Origin: Monocercomonoides exilis PA203
Lineage: Eukaryota > Protista > Preaxostyla
Reading direction: 5' to 3'
Length of the DNA: 64,000 nt
Assembly: GCA_001643675.2 (NCBI GenBank)
Contig: LSRY02000035.1
Location: forward strand, 992,001-1,056,000
The stretch's first letter is position 1. The number at the start of each line of letters is the position of its first letter. The notes beneath the pieces were generated by a model. That model worked only from the letters and a program-made list of their open reading frames with translations. It ran no database searches and was not told the DNA's origin. This document shows positions 1-12,000 of this stretch, piece by piece. Both the position numbers and the translations under genes were made by a program.

Positions 1-584
1 ATCGTGTAGAATCCATTCATGAAACTTGTCCCAAAAGAAACTCAGAATCAAATTAAAGGCTTCTTCGATACACACAATCAATCGTGCAAAGATTGCACAA
101 AAATGTTGAGAAATTACAAAAAGCAATCGTCTGTGCAACAAGATTCTCAAATTCGAGATGTTTGGATTTTTTTGTGAGTGCATGAATCTGGCTGCTATGT
201 GTCAACAAGTCAGCTCCAATTGGCATCTCAAAATCTCACAATATGATAATTTGATCACGAAACATTCAAAGTGAAAGGCATTTCCATGTGTAGAATACCC
301 AATGACGATTTAGAGAGATAAAAATATTGATTATCTTCCATCTTTGCCAGACTTTGTCTTTTTGCAAGAATGCACAAATAATCCCCCATTGCATATTGGA
401 ATTTTTCAGTAAAGAAATCCTTTTTTCGCTTGTGCTTCCATGTCTCATTCGTCTCTGGTTCTTTTTGAGAAACAAACTCGGTTTTGAATTGTGCATTTGC
501 TCTTCAGTTTGTATCTTTTTTTTTTTGGTTGATATTGGAGCAAAGCTGCATCTGGATCTCTTTTTGCTTCAACGTTAACAGATA

Positions 585-2625
585 GGGTGATTTATTAACC
601 CGAATATTTTTTTGAAAACCCGAATAAAAAATAAACAAATTTATTTTTGTGTATTGTGTATTGATTTCGTTTTTTTAAAAATATTAATAATAAATATAAT
701 CAACAAGCTCTCGTTTCACAATTTTTCGAGTATTTCTTTCTTTTTTTTCATCATCAGAAAAATCATCATTTAAAATTTTCAATGGGTTGAATTTTCTTTT
801 TTTCGGTTTTTCATCTTCAAACAAAGCCTTTTCAATTTCTTCATTATCTTTTTCTTCATTTTTTGACTCTTTTCTTTCATCCTTTTCTTTTTTCCATTCT
901 ATTAAGAATTCTTCATCGGTAATTAATTTTCCAAAATAATCAAACCTTTTTGTTCTTTTCTTCAGAGTGACAGAAGGTTCTTTTGGTAGCTTCGCTAACA
1001 CTTCGTGCCACTGATGTGACAGTACTCCGCTCTTCGCAAATGATGATTTGATTGTGGAAGGCAACAAAGAAGTTTGTAAAGCTTGTGGAAGCACATCAGC
1101 TAGCGCTTCTCGTCGCAAAACAACAGAAGAAGAAGAAGGAGCTTCGTAATTGGCATTAATTGTTTTTTTAAAAACAGCAAATACGCCACGATCCAACGGC
1201 TGTGCGATGTGAGTGGTGTGGGGTACGAAGGTGACCACATCTATTGAAGAATCGGCGAACTTCTTCCACAAGTCAGGCTGCGCTCTCGAAGAATGAGAAT
1301 CAAGAAGGAGAAGGCAACGTTCATCATTCTTCTTCAAAGTTTCTCTTCTTTGTGTGATCCCTGGAAGCAACACATCTTCAGCATATTTGAGGAATAGCGC
1401 TTCAGTCATCCAGCCTTCATTTTCACCCCAAACATCTAACTGCGAACTCAGAACAAAACGCAGTTCATCTGGCAGTTTCCGACAAGGCCACAGAACGACG
1501 CTTTTTAGGGAGTAGCCATCAGCTGCAGCTGCAACGACGAGAGTTGCATTCGGCATGTTCATTGGTGTTTTGGAGAAACCGGCAGGCATGTCGGAAGGAT
1601 GGAAAACAAGAGTCGAGAAAGAATCAGAGAGTCGAAGAGAGGATTCATCAATATTAAAGATGAGAGAGTTAGAATAATGATGTTGATCATGAAGGTTTTG
1701 TAGAAGAGTGAAAAATGGAAGAAGAGTTTGTTGATTTGATGCGGAGAGCCTTTGGATGTCGACATTTCGAGGATGAGAAGCTTTGAGATCGGGGTTCCTT
1801 TTTGTGTATTGATAGGGATAGGTTTTTGAAATGTTGACTTCTTCATCTTCTTCGTCGAAGTCGTCTTTTTTCCTATCATTGATAACAGCGTTCATCTGAA
1901 TATATTAAAAATAGATAAATACAACAAATAAAAAACTGTGACAAACTAATTTCCTCATTTGTGCAGCGTTATAACTTGTCCCATTTTCACATTCGATTTT
2001 AAGCACACCAAATATAGTTTCCTTTTCTTCCTGATTGAATAATTCTGGTCTTCCATTCTTTCCAGCTTTTCTTCCTTTTTCCACAGCTGCAACTGCTCTA
2101 TCAATTGCCGAGCGAGTAAATTCCTTCATGTTCGCAGCATCAGCAACCCGAGCTTCTCCATTAGAAATAATCGTTGCAACACGTTCTAATCTACTTTCAA
2201 TATGTCGATATTGGAAGGATCTCATTAAACTTCTAATTTTCTTTAATCCTTGTTGTTTTTTGTTTTCCACAACACTCATTTTAAAATATTTTTTGGTTAT
2301 GATCATTTTTGATTTTTTAAAAAAAATTTTTTTTGAAATGAAAAAAAATCAAAAAAAATATTTCGATCAAATTCTAACTTAGTCAGCCCCGTTGCTATTA
2401 CCTAATCTCCTCAGGGGAGGCACCAATCAGAGATGGAGGAGCTAACCCCCCCATCTCCCCCCCCCCCATCAGAGATTAGGTATAGTAATTTGATCTTAAT
2501 TTCTGACTTCTGACTTTTCCTTATATACTCAAAACAATTAATAAAATATGAAAAGTGGGTTGATTAAACTTATTAATAAAAAAAATGTTCGGGTTAAAAA
2601 AAATATTCGGGTTAATAAATCACCC
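585..2625 (-). mobile_element. pogo/Fot1-like (Tc1/mariner superfamily) DNA transposon, apparently full length
   Basis: TIR GGGTGATTTATTAACCCGAATATTTTTTT starts at 585 and its reverse complement ends at 2625. TA flanks both ends (583-584, 2626-2627). It encloses a DDE transposase gene. Confidence 0.93.
684..2279 (-). CDS. DD35D pogo-like transposase, 2 exons (2279-1947, 1895-684)
   Basis: Exon 1 has an HTH-like region and a GRP motif (GKNGRPELFNQEE). Exon 2 has FNIDES, GWMT, LLLDSHSS and QPLDRGVF, with 35 residues between the last two Asp. A 51-nt phase-0 intron (GTTTGT...TTCAG, 1946-1896) joins MRKL to MNAVIN. Confidence 0.88.
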
Positions 2626-4192
2626 TAATTTGAGTTCGCCAGGAAATTGCTCTTCCTCTTTATGCATATTCATCAAAGAACACATATTCTCGCGTTGAAT
2701 GTGAAATTGCTTCAGATTTCTCGACAGATAGGACTCTTCCTGATTCACTTCTTTTTCTTTCTGATTTCCAATCATTCGCATTCGTAAAGGCCAACGGATT
2801 CATCTGTCTGTTTTTGTGATTTATCTTCATTGCATTCGCTCGCCTTTGTCTCTGAAATTGGACAGATTTCTTCCTTGCAGGCAAATGCCAAAAATCAATG
2901 AGTTTCATTCAGCGAAAAGAAGACTCAGACATTCAGATGAAAAATAACTGCTCTCGCCAATTCTTCATTCCAACCGCTTCAATCGCACAGCTTTTCATAA
3001 CGCTGCAGATTATTTGGGGGAAAAGAAATGTTCTTGTTCTTCTTTCTTTCCTTCACTGCATTTGAGATGAATAAATTTTGATTGTTTCCCAGCTTTCTTT
3101 TCATTCTCCTTGCCTGCATCAATCTCTTTCACAACATGTTTTTTCCCCTTGTTCTTATCTCTTTCCGTGCCTTTTCTTCTGCAGTCATCTTCTTGGGCTT
3201 TCCTCTGAATAATCTTTTCTTCATTTTGCTGCTTGGCTTGCGATTGAAATCATTCTTCTCGAGCATCGTTCAGTTCAGTATCTTTTGTACAGCATCTCTG
3301 TCGTTAAATAATTGCATCATTGTTGCGGAAGTTCTTTCTTTCCCTTTCTCATTCGCACACTCATGTGTTCTCTCTCTTTGAAGATTATTCGAAAAGCTTT
3401 GTAATTTTGACAAAAAGTGAATCACGTTGAGCAAAACCCATGTTAAGTCAAATAATAAAAACGGTTTTTCTGAATGACAAACTATTTTCAGTGTTGCTTC
3501 TCTTGATTTGATTTCTTTGCATCAGCCTATCAGCAAGTTTTATAGCTTTTCTATGAATTATTCCTTTTTCTGGTTTCCATCCCTCAAGTCTTCTTCTTTC
3601 TTCAAATGATGCAAGAAGTTAAGCGCAGAAAAAAATAGATGAAATTAAAGAATTATTAAATATTTCTCTCTCTCTCTCTCTTTAAGTATATTTTTTTGAT
3701 AATATAAATATCAGTGCTTCTTTCTAATTGTTGTACAACTCTGATTATCGCTTTGGTGTTTTAAAAATAATTGATGTCATTGGTTTAATAATTTCCAATT
3801 AACTTTTTTTGGTTCTTTGACCATTGTTGAAAACATTATTCATTGTGTGCTCAAAATGGTTGTCTTTTATGATAATGCAACACTTTTTGTTTTAATAATT
3901 TCATTCTTTTATATTCATCAACTATGTCATCAGAAAAAAACAGCTTTTGATCTGTTTCAGTGTATTTGTTGAACATCTTCCACTTTTTTTAAAAAAAACG
4001 GTTATCAAGTGCAATAATGATCTGCTTTTAATTTTCTAAAAAATTATTAACATTTTCGATGGAATCGTCTCCATGATTTAACTTCATTGTTTGAAAGCAA
4101 ATATCTGTGTGGATGTGTTTTGATCAAGTTGACAATTCAAGAAAGGTGTTACAAATGCAGCGTTAGGGGAAATGATTCATTCAACTCTTATG

Positions 4193-5256
4193 CAATGAGT
4201 GAAATACCCGGAACATGGTAAAAAACCAAGACTTTTTATTAAAATTCATATATCTCGACAAGTTTCAAAAATAAAATTATGATAATTCACACATTCATAC
4301 ATCAGTATTTAACACATATAATCATGTACAAATTTTTATTTATTGTGCTGTATTTATGAAGAAATAAATAATTATTATTTTTGATAATCTGACTTTTAAT
4401 GAATTTTTCTATTTCAACTAAACGATTCAATTCATCTTTTACACATGTAACTTATTTTCTCTTTGTTACAAACTGTTCGGATTATTTTTCATTTTTGGCA
4501 ATTTGCTATTTCTGACGGAATGAAAATCTGTCATTTTCAAAAAATCACAGTCAATGGGATACCTGAAAAAATATTTTTTGCAAAACACAAAAACGTCCAA
4601 GTGAATTTAACACATGCAATAATAAATATGATAGTTGTATTAAATTACTACATAGTTGAAATTTCAAATAATTCTATATTCATTTCATAAACAAAGATTG
4701 TTTTCATTACTGATGATTTTTAACGATCATTATCATTGAATTTTCTACCAAATTGCATTTTTTGAAATGAATATAGAATTATTTGAAATTTCAACTATGT
4801 AGTAATTTAATACAACTATCATATTTATTATTGCATGTGTTAAATTCACATGTATGCTTATGAGTTTGGAAAAAATATATTTTAAGTTATCACATTGACT
4901 GTGATTGTTTGAAAATGACAGATTTTCATTCAGTATTAACGAGCAAATTGTGGAAAATAAAAAATAACAAGAATTGTTTGTGACATAGAAAAAATAAGTT
5001 GTGTGTGTAAAAAATGAAATGAATCGTTTTATTAAAATAGAACTATTCATTAAAAGTCAAATTTTCAAAAATAAAAATTATTTATTTCTTCATAAATACA
5101 GCACAATAAATAAAAATTTGTACATGATTATATGTGTTAAATACTGATGTATGAATGTGTGAATTATTATAATTTAATTTTTTAAACTTGTCGAGATATA
5201 TGAATTTTAATAAAAAGTCTTGGTTTTTTACCATGTTCCGGGTATTTCACTCATTG
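4193..5256. mobile_element. ~1.06 kb fold-back/MITE-like element (long inverted repeat)
   Basis: CAATGAGTGAAATACCCGGAACATGG... at 4193 is the reverse complement of ...CCATGTTCCGGGTATTTCACTCATTG ending at 5256. Arms are about 490 bp with a ~75 bp spacer. TA follows the right end and TG precedes the left end. Confidence 0.8.
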
Positions 5257-5383
5257 TATCGGCTTTTTTTTTTAACTGTACTGTGCTTTTGAGGGGCTTT
5301 CAATGAAAATGAAGTGAATGAAGATGGAAAATAAACCATCACAAAGAAAAGAAAAATTAACCGATCGGTTTACGAAAAATTGG

Positions 5384-6287
5384 GGTAAAGTGTAACATAT
5401 TGGGTCCAACTTTTTTTATAGAAAAAGCAACTTCCAAAGAATGTTTTGCTTGATTTTGTTCTCAGAATGATTAATTGTTGTTAAAAATGAGTGAATAATA
5501 TGTTTGTATTAAGAAAAAAAAATTAAATTGAAAAATTTATATTTTACAATTATCTGTGTAACTTGAAGCTGAAGAGCCATCACCAGCTCCTAAACTGTCA
5601 CTGTCAGTTTCTCCACTTGACGAATTTGCATCTTCAATTATATCATCCAAATCCGCAACATCTGATGTTACATCTTCGGTATCATCTTCTTCTTGTATTT
5701 TCAGAGGCTCGAATTGATTAATCATTCCGACTAATTGAATAAAATCAACTTTAAAGACACTTATAACATGAAAGTTGACAGATAATCTTGTAGAAACTTA
5801 CGGCGAAACACCGATTTTGAAAAAAATGATCTCATTTCGTTCTGCATCGCTTCAACTGTATTCGTACAAGCCCTTGTGATTAGATCTCTAAAGTTTTTTT
5901 TATGTGAAACAATTTTGCGTTCTTAACCAAAATCCGATTACACTTTTTGTGGAACCCACTCGTCACTCATAATTGTTAATCCTTTTATTATGTGTGCTTA
6001 AATTATTGGGAGCAAATGTTTTCTTTTTCTCGATTTTACAATCCAAATCATTTTTTTCTGAACTGTTCCATCCATTTTCCTCTCAATTGCTCCAAAAACA
6101 CATTGCTTCCGTTTAGAGCGACCTCTTTTGCACTTTCTTCTCCTCAAAATGGCTTCATCGATTTCAAAGACGATTCCAGGTCCCCTAAAATTATTGGATG
6201 CTCAATCAAGAAATTTATTCATGAGACACGACAAATACTGTACCATTAACCAACTCTGTTATATGATAAATCCAATAGATTCTTTGA

Positions 6288-6327
<40 letters not shown>

Positions 6328-6798
6328 GTATCCCTAAGGAGAAATAAAGAATCAACAGCAGAATCTTTCCTAACCCTATTTTATTTAGCTTGAAAACTGA
6401 TGTTTAAAACAAAGATTTTTTCGATTTACATTTTTTTGCATTTCTAATATGATGCATTTCCACCATTTTTGATGCACGAAAAAAATACTCTGTCTTTTCT
6501 GCAAAATGGCTTTTTCCCTTGTTAAATATGTTCAAAAAACCAATTCCAAGAATCGTTTTTCGAGAAAAATTGAGATTGAAGCTCAAAGACTGACATAGAA
6601 AAATATCAAAGATTTCGATCACAACGTTGACAATGATCTAAACCCATAATTTAAAATAGTTTTTTTAAATAAATCTTTATTGAGAAAACTAAGAAATGAA
6701 ACACATAAAATTGTTTTATATTAACTTATCAATCAGTTGAAAATTATAAGGTTCAATTTTATTGAGAAAATTCGGTACCCAATTTGTTTCATCTTACC
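5384..6798 (-). mobile_element. degenerate Merlin (IS1016/ISXO2-like) DNA transposon
   Basis: Minus-strand fragments read GPGIVFEIDEAILRRRKCKRGR, LLPII*AHIIKGLTIMSDEW and HKKNFRDLITRACTNTVEAM, followed by an acidic tail. Imperfect TIRs GGTAAAGTGTAACATATTGGGT / GGTAAGATGAAACAAATTGGGT. The flanks aaattgg and aaattgc resemble a decayed target-site duplication. Confidence 0.8.
6290..6326. repeat. poly-T tract (37 nt)
   Basis: Seen directly, inside the Merlin remnant. Confidence 0.9.
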
Positions 6799-7278
6799 AA
6801 ATTGCGAAAAGAAAAAGTCAAAGATTGCGTTATTTGAATTTGTGTGAAATTTGATCATTTGTTTGAGTCATCTTCAGACTTCTCTGATTATTAAGAAAAT
6901 TACTTGTGAAGCCAAAATTCTTTCTAAGTACCAAAAAAGAAATAACTCTGTCGCGACTCTTTTAAGATAAAGTATACAACCTTGTTATCATGTGGAATGA
7001 ATTCACAAAAATAAATCAGAATGAGCTTTAGGTTTTCATTATTTCTTTAATAAAGAGTTTGAAAACAGAAAGCAGTCATAAAATTTTGTTTGATGCTTCA
7101 AAAACAAAAAACTTAAAAAAAACATTAAGAAAAAAAAAAATCAATAGAAAATCTGCTAAAACTGCAAACAATCAACATTGCCCGTAGGAAGGTGAAAATC
7201 TTTAATTTCAAAAAATGAATAAAAAAGATTTTCAAATAAGAAAATGAATAGTAATTCTTTGCAATTAAAATATTTGTA

Positions 7279-8940
7279 TCATGCTTGAAACAGAGATTGA
7301 TACCATTTTACAGGGTCGAATGAAAGATGAACCGATGTTGCACTTGAAGTTGAAGAAGCAGAGGGAAATGAAGATGTTGAAGGTGAAAGCTGTTCAGATT
7401 TTTCATGTTTTGCTTTTGAAGTGACTGAAAAATGCAAATCTTCCTGCAACAGAGATGGATAAAGTTGAATCGAAGGAGCAGAAGATTCTGAAGAAGGCAT
7501 TGAACGATTCGAAAGTATGTTTGCTTCATTTGTAAGTTCATCTGATGGATTCAATGAATTGAAATGAAGTGAAGAAACTTTTGAAGTAGAAGATGATAAT
7601 GAAAAGGAAGTAGGAGGAGGAGGAGAAGATGTTGATAATGTTTGCGCATTTTTTTCGTTTATGACTGTTTCTTTTTCTGACTTTTCTTTTGTTGGACCAG
7701 CGCTTTTCATCGCCAAAGATCTCATTTTGGTTTTGTCATATTTTTCTTTCATATTTTCAGCCTCTTTGATTTTAGTATCCTTTTCTTTGGATATTCTGTT
7801 CATGGAAGATGAAACTGCAGCGATGGAGCGTTGAACAGAGGAAGACATTGAATCCGAAGAAGAGAATGATTCTGATGAGAGATCATCACGAATAACCGTA
7901 TGATTCCGTTTTGAGGAAGCTTTGTGATGAGATTGATATGCTGCAAGTTCTGGTGAAGTGGAGGATAATATGGAAGAGGATCGAGAAGAGCAAGAAGAAC
8001 TCCTCGAAGAAGAATCTGAAAAACTTTGTTCAGATATTTCATCAACAGTCTTTTCCGAATCAGTAAAAGACGTCCATGAAGATTCCGATCTCAGCGATTC
8101 AAGAGGAGATGAAGACGTGAATGAGTCATATTCACGCGAATCCTCAATGCTCCGATCCTCCTCTCCCATCCCTGAACTAGATGAAGAAGAAGCAAATGAA
8201 TCAATGTCAGAGTCAAAAGAAGAATCTGCAGAAACTTTCTTTTTTCTAGTCATTCTTCTTTTTTTCATTGATTTTGTCTTCTTATTCTCTATTCTCAACG
8301 AAGATCTTTTTCCTTGTTCACTTTTTCTCTGATTTTTCTTCTTCAACATATTTTTTGATTCTTCAATTCTTTCTGACTCTTCTTCTTCATTACTTTTAAC
8401 AGCATCTATATCTTCATCTGATTGCTCATCGTCGTCTGCCATTATTATGTATCTTCGATTGTTAGAAAGAAAATCTTTAACAATATCTTGAGATTTCATA
8501 TCAACAGCAGCCATCTTTTCAACGCGATGATGGACACGAATTAATAATCTTTGATCCCTTGTAAGTGTTCTTTTTCTTCGTTGAATGGACCCAGTTGGAA
8601 GCGGCTTTGGAGCAACAAAAGGAATTATAGTATATTTCTTTCCTCCTGAGATTCCACGTGGCTTATAATTCGGTGATTTGTAGTGGGTCTTAAATAATCT
8701 TCCAGCAATAAGCTGTCTTGGATTTTTAGCATATGGATCGTCTCCCATCCGAACAACAATTGGAGTTCCATCAGCTCCGATTTTATAAATAAATTGATGA
8801 TCCTGAGTCGGAGTTCGCGCAAATAGCATCCAGCTTGAAACGTCTTCATTAGGTTTATCATCCTTTTTAATATTTTCTTTTTCTGTTTCTGTCATTTTGT
8901 CATGGTTTAATATTTTTTCTGATCTTAACAAATTTGCCAT
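7279..8940 (-). CDS. hypothetical protein, Ser-rich low-complexity C-terminal half
   Basis: Uninterrupted 553-aa ORF in AT-rich DNA. No domain recognised. Confidence 0.75.
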   Translation of the reverse strand: MANLLRSEKILNHDKMTETEKENIKKDDKPNEDVSSWMLFARTPTQDHQFIYKIGADGTPIVVRMGDDPYAKNPRQLIAGRLFKTHYKSPNYKPRGISGGKKYTIIPFVAPKPLPTGSIQRRKRTLTRDQRLLIRVHHRVEKMAAVDMKSQDIVKDFLSNNRRYIIMADDDEQSDEDIDAVKSNEEEESERIEESKNMLKKKNQRKSEQGKRSSLRIENKKTKSMKKRRMTRKKKVSADSSFDSDIDSFASSSSSSGMGEEDRSIEDSREYDSFTSSSPLESLRSESSWTSFTDSEKTVDEISEQSFSDSSSRSSSCSSRSSSILSSTSPELAAYQSHHKASSKRNHTVIRDDLSSESFSSSDSMSSSVQRSIAAVSSSMNRISKEKDTKIKEAENMKEKYDKTKMRSLAMKSAGPTKEKSEKETVINEKNAQTLSTSSPPPPTSFSLSSSTSKVSSLHFNSLNPSDELTNEANILSNRSMPSSESSAPSIQLYPSLLQEDLHFSVTSKAKHEKSEQLSPSTSSFPSASSTSSATSVHLSFDPVKWYQSLFQA

Positions 8941-9011
8941 TATTAATTTTCATTCATTGAAAATTGGATATTTGAGATCATTTGTCAATATACAATCTCG
9001 CAAACTTGGCC

Positions 9012-12000
9012 ATGGCTGTTCGAACCGAAACTGGTGACGAAACAGAAAAGGCAGAAACAAGTCCTGATGGCAGATTTGTGAAGGTTTAATTTTCTCTGCT
9101 TTTTATTGACAATTTATTATCACTTAACTCTTTGATGCCTCTCAGTATCAGCATGCCTTTCTGGGTCGTGGTTCGTTCAAAGAAGTGTACAAAGCGTACG
9201 ACCGAGAGAAAGGCATTGAAGTTGCATGGAATCAAGTTTCTTATCAGCGCTTAACAAATGCAGAACGAAAGCAACTAAATTCTGAGGTTTTACCATTCGC
9301 AACATACAAAAAATTAATGACATTTAAAATAATTTTATGTTTTTTTTGAAACGCATTTTGTGCTTTGTTAGATTCAAACTTTACAAAGTGTTCATCATCG
9401 AAATATCATAAAATTTTATAATTCATGGGTGAGCAAATCTCAGAGCTCAATTATCTTTATAAGTGAGCTTATGTCTTCTGGTACACTTAAGGAATATATC
9501 CAGAGAACCGGGGCACCGCGTTCTTCTGTATTGAAACGATGGTGCCGCCAGATATTAAGCGCACTGAGTTATCTTCACAACTCAATTCCAAAAATTATTC
9601 ATCGAGATTTAAAGTGTGATAACATTTTCATCAACGGATTTAGCGGTGAAGTTAAAGTGGGTGATCTTGGATTATCCACGAAGCAAATACGCTCCAAATC
9701 ACAATCTGTCATTGGAACTCCTGAATTTATGGCTCCTGAACTATATGATGAAGCTTATAATGAAAAAGTGGATATATATGCATTTGGAATGTGTATGTTA
9801 GAAATGATAACAAAGGATTATCCGTATTGTGAATGTTTGAATGCGGCTCAGATCTACAGAAAAGTTACTAACGGAATTCCACCTCAGTCTCTGGCAAAGG
9901 TGGAAGACGAAGCGTCGAAAAGGATTATTGAGCTTTGCATTGCATCAGACCCAACGAAGCGACCTTCTGCTGACGAGTTGCTTGCAAACGAGTATTTTGC
10001 AGAGAAGAAGAAGAAAACAGACAAGGAAGAGAAGAAAAGACGAGAAGGTATTGAAGATGCAGACAAAGAACGCGATCTCGATCAACAGCAATCGACTCCA
10101 TCTTCATCCACTTTTGCTTCGTCAGCACAAACAGCATCAAAACCCAAAGCGGCTGCATTTCTTGCGCATCCCAGCGGTCCCTTCTTCCCGACGTCTCAAC
10201 ACCCAACACAGAACATCTTTGTGCAGTCAGCAACTCCTCCAACGAGACCTGTGCCACATGCCCCACAACACGCTGGCGGGTTCAGCGGAAGCATCGCGCG
10301 CACACCGCCCTCGATAGCACCAGACAACCCACTTCACAGCATGCCCCCGTCCAGCCACTTGCAGGATGCTGGGCGTGTCCTCCCGTCAATTACTATTCCT
10401 GAGCCTCAGATGGGCACAGATGATGCCATCTCTGCTGCAATGCAGCCAGCACTTCCAGTGCAGTCATCTGCTTCTCCTTCTTCGTTATCTTCGCCTCCTT
10501 CTTCTTCCTCTTCTTCTCCATCAGATGGCGCAGGCTCAGTCCCAACGAATGTGTCTCCACCTGCAACTCCCACCTCTCCTCATCCAGAAGCATCATCAGA
10601 TGGGCAGCCAGCTGCTCTGCAGGCGTCTTCCATCGAAAGCGATGAACAGAGCCAGAATGTGCTGAATCTGCTGCTGGCGATGATCCAAGATCCCAATCTG
10701 AACACAAAGTACATCGAGCAGAGGCTGCCTTCGATGATGGTGGCACCTCAGAACATGAGCACACACGACAGCAGAGAAGACTCAGAACGGCATTTCGACA
10801 CGATTCCCCCGCCTGACCAGATTCCCATTGCAGATGCGGGATCTGTGGGAGGAGTGGCTGAGGAAGGGACAGAAAGCGATTTGGATGTGAGTAGCGAGGA
10901 AGAGAACGAGGAACAGAAACTTCAGCGGAACAAGCAGCAGAAGAGCCAGCAAATTCAACAAACACAAATACAGCCACAGACGCTGTCACCAGCACGTGTG
11001 ATGGCACCTTCTGTTTCATCTCCTCGAACACCCACATCAGACGGGCAGTCTGCAATGAAGGTGACCCAGCAGCAGATCCTCACTGCCTCTCTCTCACGTG
11101 CCCGTCTGCAGCCTCCTCCGTCGCCAACTGGGGTGCAAGCTGAGCCATCTCCAGCGACAGTTCTGTTTGGCCCGCTTGGCTCGCCTTCTGCTGCTGCAAC
11201 AGATCCTCCAACGACTGTTGTGATGGATGATGACACGATGAAGGCGATTGCAGCGATGCTGAAGACAGAAGACCTGCAGACGCTGATCAACACACTTGTG
11301 CAGCAGCAGCCTGGCGATGTGGCTGGTACCAGAGAAGAAGGTGAGGAGGGGGTGGAAGGAGAAGATGGGGAGCGCGCTATGCGCAGTGATGGAACTCAGA
11401 TCCATCCTTCGCCTTCTCGTGATGCCATTGCTCGATTTGTGGAGGCACTCAACTTCTCTCCGCAGGGCGAAGAGCAGCAAATGGAAGGACAGCAACAGGA
11501 AATTGAGCAGAAAGTGTTGGATGTGCAGACGATGGAGCAGAACGATGGATCATTCAACCAAAATGCTGTTTCTGCAAATATTGTACCATCATCTTATTTG
11601 CCAAATGCCCCGATGAATCCTCCACCTTCGATACCTTCGTCAGCAACATCTTCTTCTTCTCCAACAGCTACAGCAAATGTTCCCATTGCATCTGCTCCAA
11701 TGCCTAACATCGCAGGCAGCTCTCAGCTGGCTGAGCAGATGCAGCAGGAGAGAGAGAGGAGCAGCGAGAGAGAAGATATGTATCCTCCAACAGCGCCATC
11801 GCCCTTCAAAAGGAAGCCCAGAACAGGCAGAAAGAAGGACAAGCGCAGAGAAATCAACAGATTGCCGACTGAAAACAGGGAAGAGTCAGAAACAGACACC
11901 ACACGAGAGAGTGAGGAAGAGAGAGAAAGATACAACACATTCCTTCCTCAACAGGGGATGTCTGATTTGAGCTCGATTGATGAATCAGTTGTGCCAAATG

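Noticed and set aside
1-3400. Decayed minus-strand gene interrupted by the pogo element
   Set aside because: Fragments are visible on both sides of the insertion, but no product can be assigned.
6369-6378. CCTAACCCTA telomere-like word
   Set aside because: Only 10 nt inside a Merlin remnant; compatible with chance.
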